From a virus (Duplodnaviria; Caudoviricetes): a stretch of 64,000 nt of DNA. The position numbers were made by a program, and so were the translations under genes. Position 1 is the stretch's first letter. Each line of letters opens with the position of its first letter. The stretch covers positions 1 to 64,000 of the IMG/VR virus record IMGVR_UViG_3300017716_001756; one strand, written 5' to 3'. Shown piece by piece: positions 9,201-18,504 of the stretch. The notes beneath the pieces were generated by a model. That model saw nothing but the letters and a program-made list of their open reading frames with translations. It made no database searches and was not told the DNA's origin.

Positions 9201-12178
9201 ACTTGAGAATTGGTCATAAGATTCTGAAGTTCGCCTGTGTCGAGTTGGTCGTACTCCTGAGCGCCGAGAGATTTGAGAATATTAAATGCGTTGGTGATAT
9301 TTGTCTCTTCTTGAGCGGTCAGCCTGTTGCCAGCAACGGCTTCCGCAACAGCGCGACCGCCGGGGCCTTCGGTGCTGGTGTAGGGTTTCAAGGCAATGAA
9401 GCTGGATTGGAAGTTATTAGTAGCTTCTTGTTGAGCCTTAGCTGCCTCGATAGCGGCTTGTCTGGCCTGTTCCTCAGCGAGGGCGCGGACAGCCTCTTTA
9501 GCCCCTTCAAGTTGGTTGATATACTCGACCAGCCGGGTGTTCGTCGAATCAATACTCGCACCATATTCGTTAAAGGTAGAAGCGCCGTTGAGGACTTCGA
9601 TACGCAGAGCCTCGGAACCATCCTTCAGACTATCGGAACGTTGTTTGAGTCGGGCAATAGTTTGCTCGATTTGGCTAAGAACCTGTTGGTACTTATCTTG
9701 AGCGGCTTTAGATTCATTGAAAGCCGTTTGCTGTTCGTCCAGAGCGTCGGTGAAGGTCTTAGCAGAAGATTCACCTTGATTCATATTCTGATACAGGAAG
9801 TAGAATCCCGCACCCAAGGCAGTGATAATACCAACAAGCGGGAGCGCGAGAGTAAAGGCCCTCATCGCCAGCGTGGCTCGCACCGTAGCGGCGGCACCAG
9901 TGTTAATAGAAACGATGAAGGCAGTATGAGCCGCAGCAGCAGCAGTAGCCATACCGCCGACACCCCCAAGAATGCCGGAATAGCTGATAAACGCCGCACC
10001 AAGCTTTACGATACTGGCAATGGAGGCAGCACCGAAGGCTATAATCAAAGTCGCCGTCAGGGCTTTCAGGAGAGGAATAGCAGGACCAATCGAGTCCCCA
10101 AATTCCTTCATGGTCTTAGCACCGACGATAAGCATTTGAAGAACTGGACGAGCGGCGTCGTTCATGAAGCTCATGAATTCGTTTTTCAGTTCAAGCATGG
10201 AATTCTTGAAGGACTCACTCTGCTTGGCAGCGGCTTCTTCAGCCGCACGAGTGAAGGTGAATTGTTCTTGCACTTGACGGATGAAGTCCACCTGATTAGT
10301 GGCGGCAACAAGGGCGGCAGCAGTACGAGTCTCAAAAGCCCCCATCGCATCGCCAGCAGTGAGGCCAGCTTCAGCGAAGTTAGCGAGGACGCCAGTGAGC
10401 CCTTGGGTTTTGATATCAACGTCGTTCATCGTCAGCCCAAGGTCCGAGACCAGTTGGATGATTTCTTCAGTAGGATTGGCGAGAGAAATCATGATCTGAC
10501 GGAGACCAGTACCAAGCATAGACCCAGAGCGAATACCCGCTTGGGACATACCCGCGAGGGTGGCAGTCAGTTCCTCGAAAGTAACCCCCGAGTCGGCGGC
10601 GATGTTGGCGGAATACTGGAAGCCGAGAACCAGTTGGTCCATAGACAGTTTCGACCTGTTCAGGGCCTCAGTCAGGACGTTGGTGATTCTCTGGGTCTGG
10701 TCCGTATTCATATTGAAGACCGTCAGGGAGGTGGTGACGATATCCACGGCGTTCTTCATATCGGTACCAACGGCCATGGCGAAGGCCGAGATAACCGGAA
10801 GGGTGTCTTCAATTTCACGAACCGATTGACCGACTTGGGCCAGCATGACCGAGGCTTCAGCCAATTCGACGGCGGAGAACTTGGTATCTTCAGAGGTCTT
10901 GATAACGACCGAGCGGAGTCCTTCGAACTCTCGGTTGGTCGCGCCAGCGATGGCTTGAAGCTCACGGAGCTTGGCGTCAAGATCGACGACCCCGGCGGTC
11001 ATAGCGCCAATAGCCGCTACACCTCCACCCAGAAGGCCATAGTTCATCAGAAGATTGCCCTGCATACCGAGCAGGGAAGCACGGCTCTCATCACTATTCT
11101 GAAGACGGCGGGCACCAATGATGTTGTTCTGCATAACCTCTCGGTTAGCGCCTCCACCTTTGGCGAAATCACGAGACTCTTGCAGACGAGCTTGATCGCG
11201 CAGTTCCTTGGTACTGACTTTACGGGACTCGTTCAAACGCTGTTGTTCGGCGTTAAGGCTGGCGATCAGCCCAAGCTGCTTCTGGAATTCGGCGCTTTCT
11301 TCCTTGACGCCACGGAGGGCCATCTGGTCAAGGCGGAGGCTCTCCTGCTTGAGGCGACCTTTAAGAACAGCGCCGTTGTCTCCGCGCTGCGTAGCCTTAT
11401 AGATATTCAGGTTCTCGCGCTCGATAGCGTTCTGCTTTTGCAGCGCCTCAATTTGCTGGCGCATAGGCGTCAGACGGCTGTTGGACATACTGGCGATCTT
11501 GCCCATCAGTTGTTCTTGTTGACGAAGCTCGCCGTTTACTTGAGCGATCTGAGCCTTGTAAGCGGACTCCCCTGCCAGAAGCTTATCAAGAGCGGCTTGT
11601 TCCGAACGGAGCGTACCGAGGTTTTGAATACCGAGGGCGTTAGCATTTTCAGTAATGGTGCCACGGACGTTACCACGAGTACCGCTCAATTGCGTGGCGA
11701 AGCCTACGCGGGCTCTCTGTGCAGCAATCTGAGCAGCACGAATCTCGGCGTCTACGTTAGCAAGGTCTTGCTTACTCTTGGCAAGACTAGCAATCAGCGC
11801 GGATTTGACCGACCGCGCAACGTTCTTGTAAACATTCGCTTGGAAGTTTACTGCGTCAGCGACGAGCACTTCCTCAGTTTGGGCAATAGCAGACTTTCGG
11901 GAATTGGCGTTAGACTGTCGAACGCGGCCCGCGACAGTCCCACCCCCCGCGAGGGCAAGATCGCGAACAGTCTGTCCTGCGTTCGAACCTTCGCGGGTAA
12001 TGGCGTCAAGGTCTTTTAGAATCTTACCGAGGCGCTTTTCATAAGAAGCAAAGGCCCCACCAGTCAGATCAACACTGCGCTTGATAGCGGAGACTGCGTC
12101 ATGAATCTGTTTCAGCGATCCTTGACTGTCAACACTAGCTTGGATTTCTACCTTAGGGCCGTTACCTGTCGGGGTCAT
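6266..12178 (-). CDS. Tape measure protein with lytic transglycosylase domain
   Basis: 1970 aa, Ala/Gln-rich helical, TP901-type core (FSAVELAEA...SKLSMDQL). SLT motifs VASYETGGRFNADATNPESTARGLFQIMAATW. Confidence 0.95.
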   Translation of the reverse strand: MTPTGNGPKVEIQASVDSQGSLKQIHDAVSAIKRSVDLTGGAFASYEKRLGKILKDLDAITREGSNAGQTVRDLALAGGGTVAGRVRQSNANSRKSAIAQTEEVLVADAVNFQANVYKNVARSVKSALIASLAKSKQDLANVDAEIRAAQIAAQRARVGFATQLSGTRGNVRGTITENANALGIQNLGTLRSEQAALDKLLAGESAYKAQIAQVNGELRQQEQLMGKIASMSNSRLTPMRQQIEALQKQNAIERENLNIYKATQRGDNGAVLKGRLKQESLRLDQMALRGVKEESAEFQKQLGLIASLNAEQQRLNESRKVSTKELRDQARLQESRDFAKGGGANREVMQNNIIGARRLQNSDESRASLLGMQGNLLMNYGLLGGGVAAIGAMTAGVVDLDAKLRELQAIAGATNREFEGLRSVVIKTSEDTKFSAVELAEASVMLAQVGQSVREIEDTLPVISAFAMAVGTDMKNAVDIVTTSLTVFNMNTDQTQRITNVLTEALNRSKLSMDQLVLGFQYSANIAADSGVTFEELTATLAGMSQAGIRSGSMLGTGLRQIMISLANPTEEIIQLVSDLGLTMNDVDIKTQGLTGVLANFAEAGLTAGDAMGAFETRTAAALVAATNQVDFIRQVQEQFTFTRAAEEAAAKQSESFKNSMLELKNEFMSFMNDAARPVLQMLIVGAKTMKEFGDSIGPAIPLLKALTATLIIAFGAASIASIVKLGAAFISYSGILGGVGGMATAAAAAHTAFIVSINTGAAATVRATLAMRAFTLALPLVGIITALGAGFYFLYQNMNQGESSAKTFTDALDEQQTAFNESKAAQDKYQQVLSQIEQTIARLKQRSDSLKDGSEALRIEVLNGASTFNEYGASIDSTNTRLVEYINQLEGAKEAVRALAEEQARQAAIEAAKAQQEATNNFQSSFIALKPYTSTEGPGGRAVAEAVAGNRLTAQEETNITNAFNILKSLGAQEYDQLDTGELQNLMTNSQVLINLLTKAGTGAGAIERLNSVRFSTATLMAARGQNQQAQVNAGGMALLSNPDWQAFRNREAARIAPLGNLTGDMSASARANREDPAERLRASERIIAQYGATFRKITTELETARETYFSVERTPEQRYAFEQVMNPVNDELVRIREVLINTQRENDALALRNLQALQPLVANAPSSDIDALKREATAGGLTIPDTVRNKSEFEDWISREISRRSSGVNVETLLGRGGFATWRQSVEEDTIAQGGRVAQRERIPMAQRIRDMATEYGLSPDLMRNVASYETGGRFNADATNPESTARGLFQIMAATWNEKRPDQQVSTRIADRNPNDPRLDPEQNMVFAMEEMTSRIAQMTENLGRRPEDWEMYLAWQQGVRGATNILQNPDANLAATVGGQEAALNAGAGLNNRQFAANVRQTYARQAGNASNESMRSLGEAAEAMAEEARKNLESVADGARTVATTAKNLATRTLRNLGSNTSDENAAAAVTEIGVALQEVEDQTGRYYRLRIDALIKYRDSMDAAARLTPERLAELNTEIQDLMNARDNEMERVQEDSIAAFTSMYTKLPQFAGSITNLVNRTEDSLTALMEAFNSIDEMTTIQFQEANERIAAAVDQRRVAFGTLSGAEANARSVLRGRAANYANEQLMPAQFANATMMQSQVTGSLDSQLGNTGMTLRDVDLARLRAEQEKLTNMNRENTQAYGEQQALVQVMEANLAKAVEYRTQERDLMIEMEALGEALGENEQLFSDRLKLVVEGWAEEKGVFKSMMTDVLDGIPGVLDATQGAFSTFFSDIMSGTATVGDAFRAMGATILKAMMDVVASEAAKQMMRLVLQLANAIWGGGNWNPSGTPFGGGPAPEFYREGGLIHAATGYGPVRGRDSVDIKAMPGEYVLRKSAVDAIGVDNLNQINAQGNKINSSALAAKPVIIAPQGKPERPLEVYVVSPDKQPPPTRDQIIVMVQEDMINRGPVYKTTKAIQSGAI

Positions 12179-12546
12179 TTCTTGAATATATTCCCTAGCA
12201 TTGACTGTGCTTCTTCCTTAGAACTCGGAGTGTGGGTAACAACATTCTCTTCGTTTTTACCGCCGCCGAAAGCTTGTTTCAGGATTATACGCAGAACTTC
12301 ATGCTGTTGGAAAGCTTGTGCTTGGAACCACGACAGCCTCAGCCGTGCATACTCTTGAATATCTTCCAAGCTATTAGACCAATACACAGAGTCTAGTGAT
12401 GCGGGGTTTACTTCAAACGCCCACATCACTGATTCCCTGAAAGTTAGCCCTTTGAACCATCTGATGGTTGCGTTGATGGAGTCTGCTCCGTCAGGCTGGG
12501 CGTCTCCACCTTTTTGGTCAGCACTGCGATCACGCGAATAAAAAAA
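12175..12546 (-). CDS. Tail assembly chaperone GT extension (reached by -1 frameshift)
   Basis: Open frame entered at slippery T TTT TTT (12546-12540), giving ...AFFYSRDRSADQ...; lies between G and the tape measure. Confidence 0.7.
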   Translation of the reverse strand, partial: FFYSRDRSADQKGGDAQPDGADSINATIRWFKGLTFRESVMWAFEVNPASLDSVYWSNSLEDIQEYARLRLSWFQAQAFQQHEVLRIILKQAFGGGKNEENVVTHTPSSKEEAQSMLGNIFKK

Positions 12547-12902
12547 GCCGTGACGTGTTCGACCACCCATTCCAGCATTTCTTCTACGGCTTCTTGTTCA
12601 ACGATGTACATATCGAATGGACGCATAGTAGTAATCTTGCCGGTAGGGGATCGGTCGGCCAGCACTTGTTCGATGATTTTATTACGGATATCGGGGTCCG
12701 TGTAAACAAGGGCGATCAGGTTAGTATCAGGGATAAGTCGCAGCAACTCATTCAGGAGACCATAGCTCATAAAAAGCTCTCGGTCGTTATTATCGACCTT
12801 GATAGTGATAGTTTTAGAGGGGGTATTAGGCTTGGACAATATAGTTGCTCCTAAAAGAAATCCTCCTGTAGCATAGCCACAGGAGGATTCAAATGCAACC
12901 AC
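12444..12902 (-). CDS. Tail assembly chaperone G
   Basis: Lies between tail tube and tape measure and carries the slippery heptamer. True start may be downstream of 12902. Confidence 0.7.
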   Translation of the reverse strand: MVAFESSCGYATGGFLLGATILSKPNTPSKTITIKVDNNDRELFMSYGLLNELLRLIPDTNLIALVYTDPDIRNKIIEQVLADRSPTGKITTMRPFDMYIVEQEAVEEMLEWVVEHVTAFFIRVIAVLTKKVETPSLTEQTPSTQPSDGSKG

Positions 12903-12917
12903 TTTGATTACTGACTA

Positions 12918-13694
12918 TTAGGTCAGGATCGCGGCGGGGACGGCACCAAACTGAGCGAAGTGCGGATCAGTCGGGATCAGGTCGTAGATACCAAGTTCGA
13001 TGGGCATATTGCCGTAATCGTTGGTCGCGAACGAGAGGTTCAGACCGTTGGTGATGCGGACCTTAGGCAGAGCGACCGAGATTTCGTCACCGTTAGCCAG
13101 AGTACCGTGGGCGATAGCCGAGAAGAAGGGCTGCTCGACCTTGGAACCAACTTCAATGAAGTTCATCCGACGAACAACCGAGCCGGTGGCAAGGTTACGC
13201 TGAATGTTCGGGTTCGTGGTAATCACGTTCGTCGCGATAGCCGAAATCTTGCGAATCACCGAGTCGTCCGGGGTCGTCGGGTCTTGAATCAGAACCCAAT
13301 CATTAACGGCAAAACCGGTGCCCGAAGTGGCGGTGAAGGTAGTCGCCGGAGAGCCCGAGGAAGCAGTGACACCAGCCGAGAGGGTGGTCTCGATGTTGGT
13401 GGCAGCAACCAGTGCAGCACCATTCAGTTGGGCGACGTAGGCGAGGTTTTTAGGCGAGAACTCGTACAGTTCAGCCGAAGCTCGCGCCGTGTGGCCAGTC
13501 ATAACCGAGAAGACCACGGTGTTCTTGACGCCTTGCGAGAGGTCGGTGTAGGTGGGTTCCGCAGTCACGGCAAAGTTCTTGACCAGACCAACCGAGTGGA
13601 GGGCGCGGGTCAGGTTGAACAGGTCGGCTTGAGGGCCGATCAGGAGCGTAGCGGCCCCAAGCATGAAACGGTTGGACATTGCTAGACCAAACAT
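12918..13694 (-). CDS. Major tail (tube) protein
   Basis: FMLGAATLLIG N-terminus, C-terminal DYGNMPIEL; typical position upstream of the chaperones. Confidence 0.8.
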   Translation of the reverse strand: MFGLAMSNRFMLGAATLLIGPQADLFNLTRALHSVGLVKNFAVTAEPTYTDLSQGVKNTVVFSVMTGHTARASAELYEFSPKNLAYVAQLNGAALVAATNIETTLSAGVTASSGSPATTFTATSGTGFAVNDWVLIQDPTTPDDSVIRKISAIATNVITTNPNIQRNLATGSVVRRMNFIEVGSKVEQPFFSAIAHGTLANGDEISVALPKVRITNGLNLSFATNDYGNMPIELGIYDLIPTDPHFAQFGAVPAAILT

Positions 13695-13707
13695 AGAGAT
13701 TAGCTCC

Positions 13708-13735
13708 TTTACAAAATCGATAGCATCATTATACT
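13708..13735 (+). promoter_or_regulatory. Putative sigma70 promoter of the Arc-like gene
   Basis: TTTACA-16 nt-TATACT upstream of AAGGAG RBS and GTG at 13784. Confidence 0.45.
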
Positions 13736-13783
13736 TAAACCCAACAGCCTAGTAATGGTTTGTTTTCAACTAAAGGAGTTCTC

Positions 13784-13987
13784 GTGGAAGAGAAAAGTTT
13801 TACAATTCGTCTACCCATTGATCTTGTGGACCAACTCGATATGAGAACCCAGATTAACTACCGATCCCGCACTAAAGAGATTCAATCTCTGCTCATCTTC
13901 GCATTGGACAATCTGGCCCAAGAGGCTAAAGAATCTAGGGCAGAAGCGAAGTTGAGCCCCGATCAAAAGCAAACCCCTGAAGAATAA
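13784..13987 (+). CDS. Arc/ribbon-helix-helix DNA-binding protein
   Basis: KSFTIRLPIDLVDQLDMRTQINYRSRTKEI matches the Arc RHH pattern; RBS AAGGAG; opposite strand to the late cluster. Confidence 0.8.
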   Translation: MEEKSFTIRLPIDLVDQLDMRTQINYRSRTKEIQSLLIFALDNLAQEAKESRAEAKLSPDQKQTPEE

Positions 13988-14378
13988 ACTTGAATTGGCG
14001 GTTGGTGGTTTTGTTGACGGGGCTTACGGCCAACTCATTCAAAGCCACCATTTGGCCGATAACAGCTTGGTTGCCGTAGTTGACGAATTGGTGCTTAGTC
14101 TGAGAACGTACAAGATTGACCAGTTCTCCCGTGGCCTTGTTAAGCGTGAAAGTGTCGTTGATGTTAAGGACGAACATCAGCCTAGAGTACATTAGAGAAT
14201 CGTCTTCAGTGTAATCAAACTGGTAGATTCCAACCAGATTACCGGCAGGGAATTCCTGCTCATTAACGTTCTCGTCAAAATCAAAAACAGTTAGATTATA
14301 CTCAGGGTGTTGAGCCTTGAAGAGCTTAACGATTGCCAAGGCTGACGCCCATGCATTTTGATAATTATTCGGAACCAT
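13935..14378 (-). CDS. Probable tail terminator protein
   Basis: 147 aa directly upstream of the tail tube gene; synteny only. Confidence 0.5.
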   Translation of the reverse strand: MVPNNYQNAWASALAIVKLFKAQHPEYNLTVFDFDENVNEQEFPAGNLVGIYQFDYTEDDSLMYSRLMFVLNINDTFTLNKATGELVNLVRSQTKHQFVNYGNQAVIGQMVALNELAVSPVNKTTNRQFKFILQGFAFDRGSTSLLP

Positions 14379-15046
14379 CAGCCCATCCTCTTGACCATGT
14401 TAAGTATTGCGGCCCTTACTTTAGTCTCAACGAACCATTCTGTATAGGGCTCCATCAAGGGGCGCTTACCGTCGTTGTAAGAGAGCTTACGCTTATTCTT
14501 AGTATCGATAGGCAGGGCGCGGATAATAGACTCACTGTCCCTATAGGAGACATTAGGGAAAGGGTTCACAATCACCCTCACATTCTTTCTAGCCTGAGCA
14601 TTAGCTACAGCGAAGCGGCCTCTATCATCACGGAAGACTGTTTTGATTTGTCTTTTGATGCGGGGGTTATACCAACCATCGGTTTCGACTTGCTCAAGTC
14701 GTGTGCGAAGAGTCGTCTTACCGAACAGGCGTTCGCCCGGTAGATTGAACAAGGCAGAAGCTAGAGAATCGTGGGGCTTCGACATACCCTTATAGAACCT
14801 GTTACTCATATCGCCTTTAGGGTTTTTCCTACGACGCCACGATTCAGAAAGCTCTGCCCAAGTCTCAGTTCTATTTCCAAACACCGGAGCGGCGTTATCC
14901 CTGCCGATGAAGGTAGCTCTCAAAGTCTTACCGTATTGGTTTTTAAGAACTTCCACTTGGTCAACAAGAGGTTCAAAGTAGGCGGCTGCTCCTACCAAGG
15001 CTAGATTCCTGATAGTCTCACTAACCGCATAATCAAAGTCTTCCAT
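14378..15046 (-). CDS. Probable tail completion / neck protein (HK97 gp10 or gpG-like)
   Basis: WAELSESWRRRK segment and synteny in the head-tail block. Confidence 0.55.
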   Translation of the reverse strand: MEDFDYAVSETIRNLALVGAAAYFEPLVDQVEVLKNQYGKTLRATFIGRDNAAPVFGNRTETWAELSESWRRRKNPKGDMSNRFYKGMSKPHDSLASALFNLPGERLFGKTTLRTRLEQVETDGWYNPRIKRQIKTVFRDDRGRFAVANAQARKNVRVIVNPFPNVSYRDSESIIRALPIDTKNKRKLSYNDGKRPLMEPYTEWFVETKVRAAILNMVKRMG

Positions 15047-15588
15047 TACGACTTCCTAGCAGTAGCGAAATACAATCCCAACTGAGGTTCAGCGTTAATG
15101 ATTGTGTATCCAGCGATCATATCGTTCGGAACCAAGGGTACGTTGGCGATGATACGGACCAGATCGGCGCTGATTCTCATTTCATCTTCTTGCATTTTAG
15201 TATACTCGATAACGACAGGGATGGTTGTGGTCGAGGTGGAACTAGTTTTCTTCAGCCCCGTTACGGTATCCGTTCCAGTGGCCCGCGTGGTAAGGACCGC
15301 TGCGGGGTGTGTAATCTCAAAGAGCTTCAAAGTCTTATGGATGATCCTGTTGGAGAACATCGAAGGACCATTCTCTCCTGCTAGGTACTGTTTACCAGTT
15401 GTCTCGTCGCGGATACGGTCCCCCGGCGTGGCTACAGAATCAGGGTAAGTCTTCAACAGCCTACGCGGCAGGAAGAAATAAGAAGAAGATTCCTCTAGCG
15501 GGATAGCAAGAAGCTGGGCGCTGAACGTGGTTTTTCCGTAGGCGTAGAACTTGCTTGCGAAAAGATCGATAGCTCTAGTGAGGTCCAT
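15046..15588 (-). CDS. Probable head closure protein
   Basis: Start at MDLTRAID (15588); coupled to the upstream stop; synteny. Confidence 0.5.
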   Translation of the reverse strand: MDLTRAIDLFASKFYAYGKTTFSAQLLAIPLEESSSYFFLPRRLLKTYPDSVATPGDRIRDETTGKQYLAGENGPSMFSNRIIHKTLKLFEITHPAAVLTTRATGTDTVTGLKKTSSTSTTTIPVVIEYTKMQEDEMRISADLVRIIANVPLVPNDMIAGYTIINAEPQLGLYFATARKS

Positions 15589-15589
15589 T

Positions 15590-16306
15590 TTAGACTCCTG
15601 TGACAGGGTCGGCAGGACTCGTGACGACGAAGAGCGTCGGGGTAACCAAGGGGGAGCTAGTGTAGATGATCGCCAGATACTCGTTGTAGCGAGCATTGAT
15701 AAGAGCCTCTACCGGTTGTAGACTCGTAGAAGTGCTCAACCGAGTGATCTTCGAAGTCTCAGATTCTACAGACTTATAAAGTCGCATCCTAGTAATAGGT
15801 ACAAGATTCAGGAGGGTTTGCCAGAACAGCAACTGCTTGGCTGCAAAAACAAGGTCCATATCGGCGCTAGATAGGGCCGTCAGGAAGTCTTCACCATACT
15901 TACCTGAGCTAAGGTCAACGTAAGAGCGGTAGAAATCAATGTCTGCATCAGGCACCTCAACATCGTTAACTCCAAGAATCAATCGCACCTCATCAGGGGT
16001 ATGACTGATGAAAAGATCGGGGACAACGTAGTAGGCGTATTGAATATCGAAAACCATATTAGATACCTCGTAGGATACCTCAATACGGTGTTGGCGGTAT
16101 TTCTCACCACCCGTCAGGACGTGGGCGATAGCTGGGATAACGATCCAAGCAGACGTAGCTCCTGACACAATGGTAATAGGGGTGGAAGTGACCACAATGC
16201 CGTCCATATCGCGGACAACAAAGGCCGCAACAGTAGGGGACGCCGGGTCGTCCCCAATCTTGAAGTCTACTCTAACATTAAGGGTTTTCCCCGGAAAGAC
16301 GTACAT
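15590..16306 (-). CDS. Probable head-tail adaptor
   Basis: C-terminal HTPDEVRLILGVNDVEVPD adaptor-like domain; synteny. Confidence 0.55.
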   Translation of the reverse strand: MYVFPGKTLNVRVDFKIGDDPASPTVAAFVVRDMDGIVVTSTPITIVSGATSAWIVIPAIAHVLTGGEKYRQHRIEVSYEVSNMVFDIQYAYYVVPDLFISHTPDEVRLILGVNDVEVPDADIDFYRSYVDLSSGKYGEDFLTALSSADMDLVFAAKQLLFWQTLLNLVPITRMRLYKSVESETSKITRLSTSTSLQPVEALINARYNEYLAIIYTSSPLVTPTLFVVTSPADPVTGV

Positions 16307-16321
16307 AGTCTTTATACCTTA

Positions 16322-16726
16322 TTACTCAGCGGCGGTCGTATCTACGGCGGCTTCACCAGAGCGCGTTCCACGGCCCCGTTTGGCGGTGGCTGTTCGCTCA
16401 GCCTCTTGGTCTTCTTGTCGCTCAAGATCAGCGGCGCTCTCGACGGATCGCATTCGCTCAACACCGTTGTCTGCGGAAGGAACGACCTTACGATACGCAG
16501 CCAGAGCGGCGTCTTCATCACCATTAGCACGAGCCAGATGATTAACGTATTCAGTCCAATCCGAGTTTTCGAGAACTTCGACGATCTTCAGTTGACCATG
16601 ATTGACCAGACCTTCAGCCCACGGGCCGAAAGGAGCAATCGTGTCGCGCTTGCTCGAAACATATACGCCAGTGCGCGGGTCTTGCAGACCACCTTCACCA
16701 ATGGCACGGAGAATAGCTACCTTCAT
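16322..16726 (-). CDS. Hypothetical virion-associated protein
   Basis: 134-aa ORF with AAGGA RBS between capsid and adaptor genes. Confidence 0.6.
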   Translation of the reverse strand: MKVAILRAIGEGGLQDPRTGVYVSSKRDTIAPFGPWAEGLVNHGQLKIVEVLENSDWTEYVNHLARANGDEDAALAAYRKVVPSADNGVERMRSVESAADLERQEDQEAERTATAKRGRGTRSGEAAVDTTAAE

Positions 16727-16818
16727 GATGGAATTCCTTTTTATCGGGGTCGTAACCCCAGAGACCTCATTGTAATGCGAAGGCGGGGGTGATTACAACG
16801 GTTAATATGCAACAGAGA

Positions 16819-16845
16819 AAGGGCCGGGAATAAATCCCGGCCCTT
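16819..16845 (-). terminator. Intrinsic terminator after the major capsid gene
   Basis: 11-bp stem AAGGGCCGGGA/TCCCGGCCCTT, 5-nt loop, T-rich tail on the minus strand. Confidence 0.8.
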
Positions 16846-16864
16846 CTTCATTCTTAAGCTTCAA

Positions 16865-18079
16865 TTACGAAGCTTGCGTGTAGTCATAGACCGAACGAGT
16901 GTCACCGTGGATCAGGCGGAAGCCCGTATTCATGGTGCGGAAGTAGCTGATCGTCTGGTTACGAACCGAACGTTCCGATTCGTTAATCAGCGAGCCAGAT
17001 TCAACCAGTTCTTCCAGCGTGTCGGCTTTCGAGAAGCCGATCAGCTTACCAGCCGGGGCCGAGGACGAGAGAACGAAGTTCACCGGGCCTTGGAACAGCG
17101 GGACAGTGCCGATTTGGAAGCCGGAGCGAGCGAGGTTCTCGTTCACACCGCCACCTTGGGCAGCTTGCGGGACTGCGAACAGTTGCAGCCACTGGAAGTA
17201 AGCGTCGTAGTTACCAACGACAGTGTCAATCGGCAGTTGATCTTTAGCACGATCAACCAGCCACTTCAGGAGACCCTTCCACGACAGCGTACCAGCGGTG
17301 TGTCCAGCGTCGAGGGCAAACTGGTTGACCTCAGGGGCGGCACCGTAGGTGGCGTCGATACCGGTGGTCAGGGCGTGACCGTTGACCAGCAGATTCGTGG
17401 CAGAGCGGACACGGGACAGTTCCATGGCGCGTTGAGCACGGTTAGCGTAGGGAGTCATGATATCCAGCGAGACACGACGTTCGAACTCGTAGGAGGTCCG
17501 ATAACCCATACCGTGTTTGAAGATACCGACCGACTGTTGGCTGGTACGGATCGCGGAGACCGGGATATTGCCCGATTCAGCGATGATACCGGCGACTTCG
17601 TAGTCATCAGCCTTGTCAGCAACAACCGTCGAAATCATTTCCACGCCGTTAATGGTACGCGACTGAGAGACAAGCGATTCGACCGTTTCCAGTTGGTTCT
17701 GCTTGTACTTGTAGGTCACCATATCGTCGATGACTTCCGGGAACATGGCACGGGTGCCGGGGAAGGTTTGGAACGTGTCAGCGGCGGCTTGCAGGAGAAT
17801 GCCCTGTTCGAAGTCGTTAGCAACCGGCAGAGCCAGAGCAACCTTGACCAGATCGTAACCATTCAGACCGGCGTTAAGAGCTTGGGCCTTCAGATCAGCG
17901 TCCTTGGTACCACGAACATCAACCGACAGGTTGAGGTAGTCACGCATCGACAGACCAGCTTCCTTAGCCCTCGCGACCAGAAGCTCACCAGCGGCACGAG
18001 ACTCAGCAGGGTTTTCATGACGGAGATTACCGATCACGTCCTCTACAGCTTGTCGCTTCACAGTAGCGAGATTATACAT
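16865..18079 (-). CDS. Major capsid protein
   Basis: 404 aa, downstream terminator, KHGMGYRTSYEF...MELSRV capsid-like segment; follows decoration and scaffold genes. Confidence 0.85.
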   Translation of the reverse strand: MYNLATVKRQAVEDVIGNLRHENPAESRAAGELLVARAKEAGLSMRDYLNLSVDVRGTKDADLKAQALNAGLNGYDLVKVALALPVANDFEQGILLQAAADTFQTFPGTRAMFPEVIDDMVTYKYKQNQLETVESLVSQSRTINGVEMISTVVADKADDYEVAGIIAESGNIPVSAIRTSQQSVGIFKHGMGYRTSYEFERRVSLDIMTPYANRAQRAMELSRVRSATNLLVNGHALTTGIDATYGAAPEVNQFALDAGHTAGTLSWKGLLKWLVDRAKDQLPIDTVVGNYDAYFQWLQLFAVPQAAQGGGVNENLARSGFQIGTVPLFQGPVNFVLSSSAPAGKLIGFSKADTLEELVESGSLINESERSVRNQTISYFRTMNTGFRLIHGDTRSVYDYTQAS

Positions 18080-18102
18080 AATTACTTTCTCCGTCTTTCA
18101 AA

Positions 18103-18504
18103 TTAAAGGAAGTGAACGTGGGCGCGCAGATTCGGAACGTCGAGGAAGACAGTCCGGTTATGAGCAGTACCCGTAGCAAATTTGACTTCACCAGCACCAG
18201 CGCCAACGATGGCTTTACCAATACCAGCAACATCACCCGAGGTCAGGCCGGTCTTGTAGGGAACCCAATCGATGAACTTCATCGAAACAGTGGCAACCTT
18301 GACGCCTTCTTGAACGCGGTCTTCGTAAACTTCCAGACGACCGACGATGATATCGCCATCCGCTGCCAGCTTAACAGTCTTGGGGGCAGTCGCATCAAGC
18401 GACAGGGCCTTGCCGAGGTCGGCTTGGGTTACCGTGCCCGAAATGTAGAAGGTCTCTTGAAAGTCTTCAAGGTAGCGACCCTTAGTCGAAATAACACCGT
18501 ACAT
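18103..18504 (-). CDS. Head decoration / cement protein
   Basis: 133 aa, GKALSL...TVKLAADGDIIVGRL pattern; immediately upstream of the capsid gene. Confidence 0.65.
   Translation of the reverse strand: MYGVISTKGRYLEDFQETFYISGTVTQADLGKALSLDATAPKTVKLAADGDIIVGRLEVYEDRVQEGVKVATVSMKFIDWVPYKTGLTSGDVAGIGKAIVGAGAGEVKFATGTAHNRTVFLDVPNLRAHVHFL

Noticed and set aside
9038-12019. 993-aa plus-strand ORF (also 7235-8215)
   Set aside because: Antisense shadow of the tape measure gene; no motifs, no RBS.
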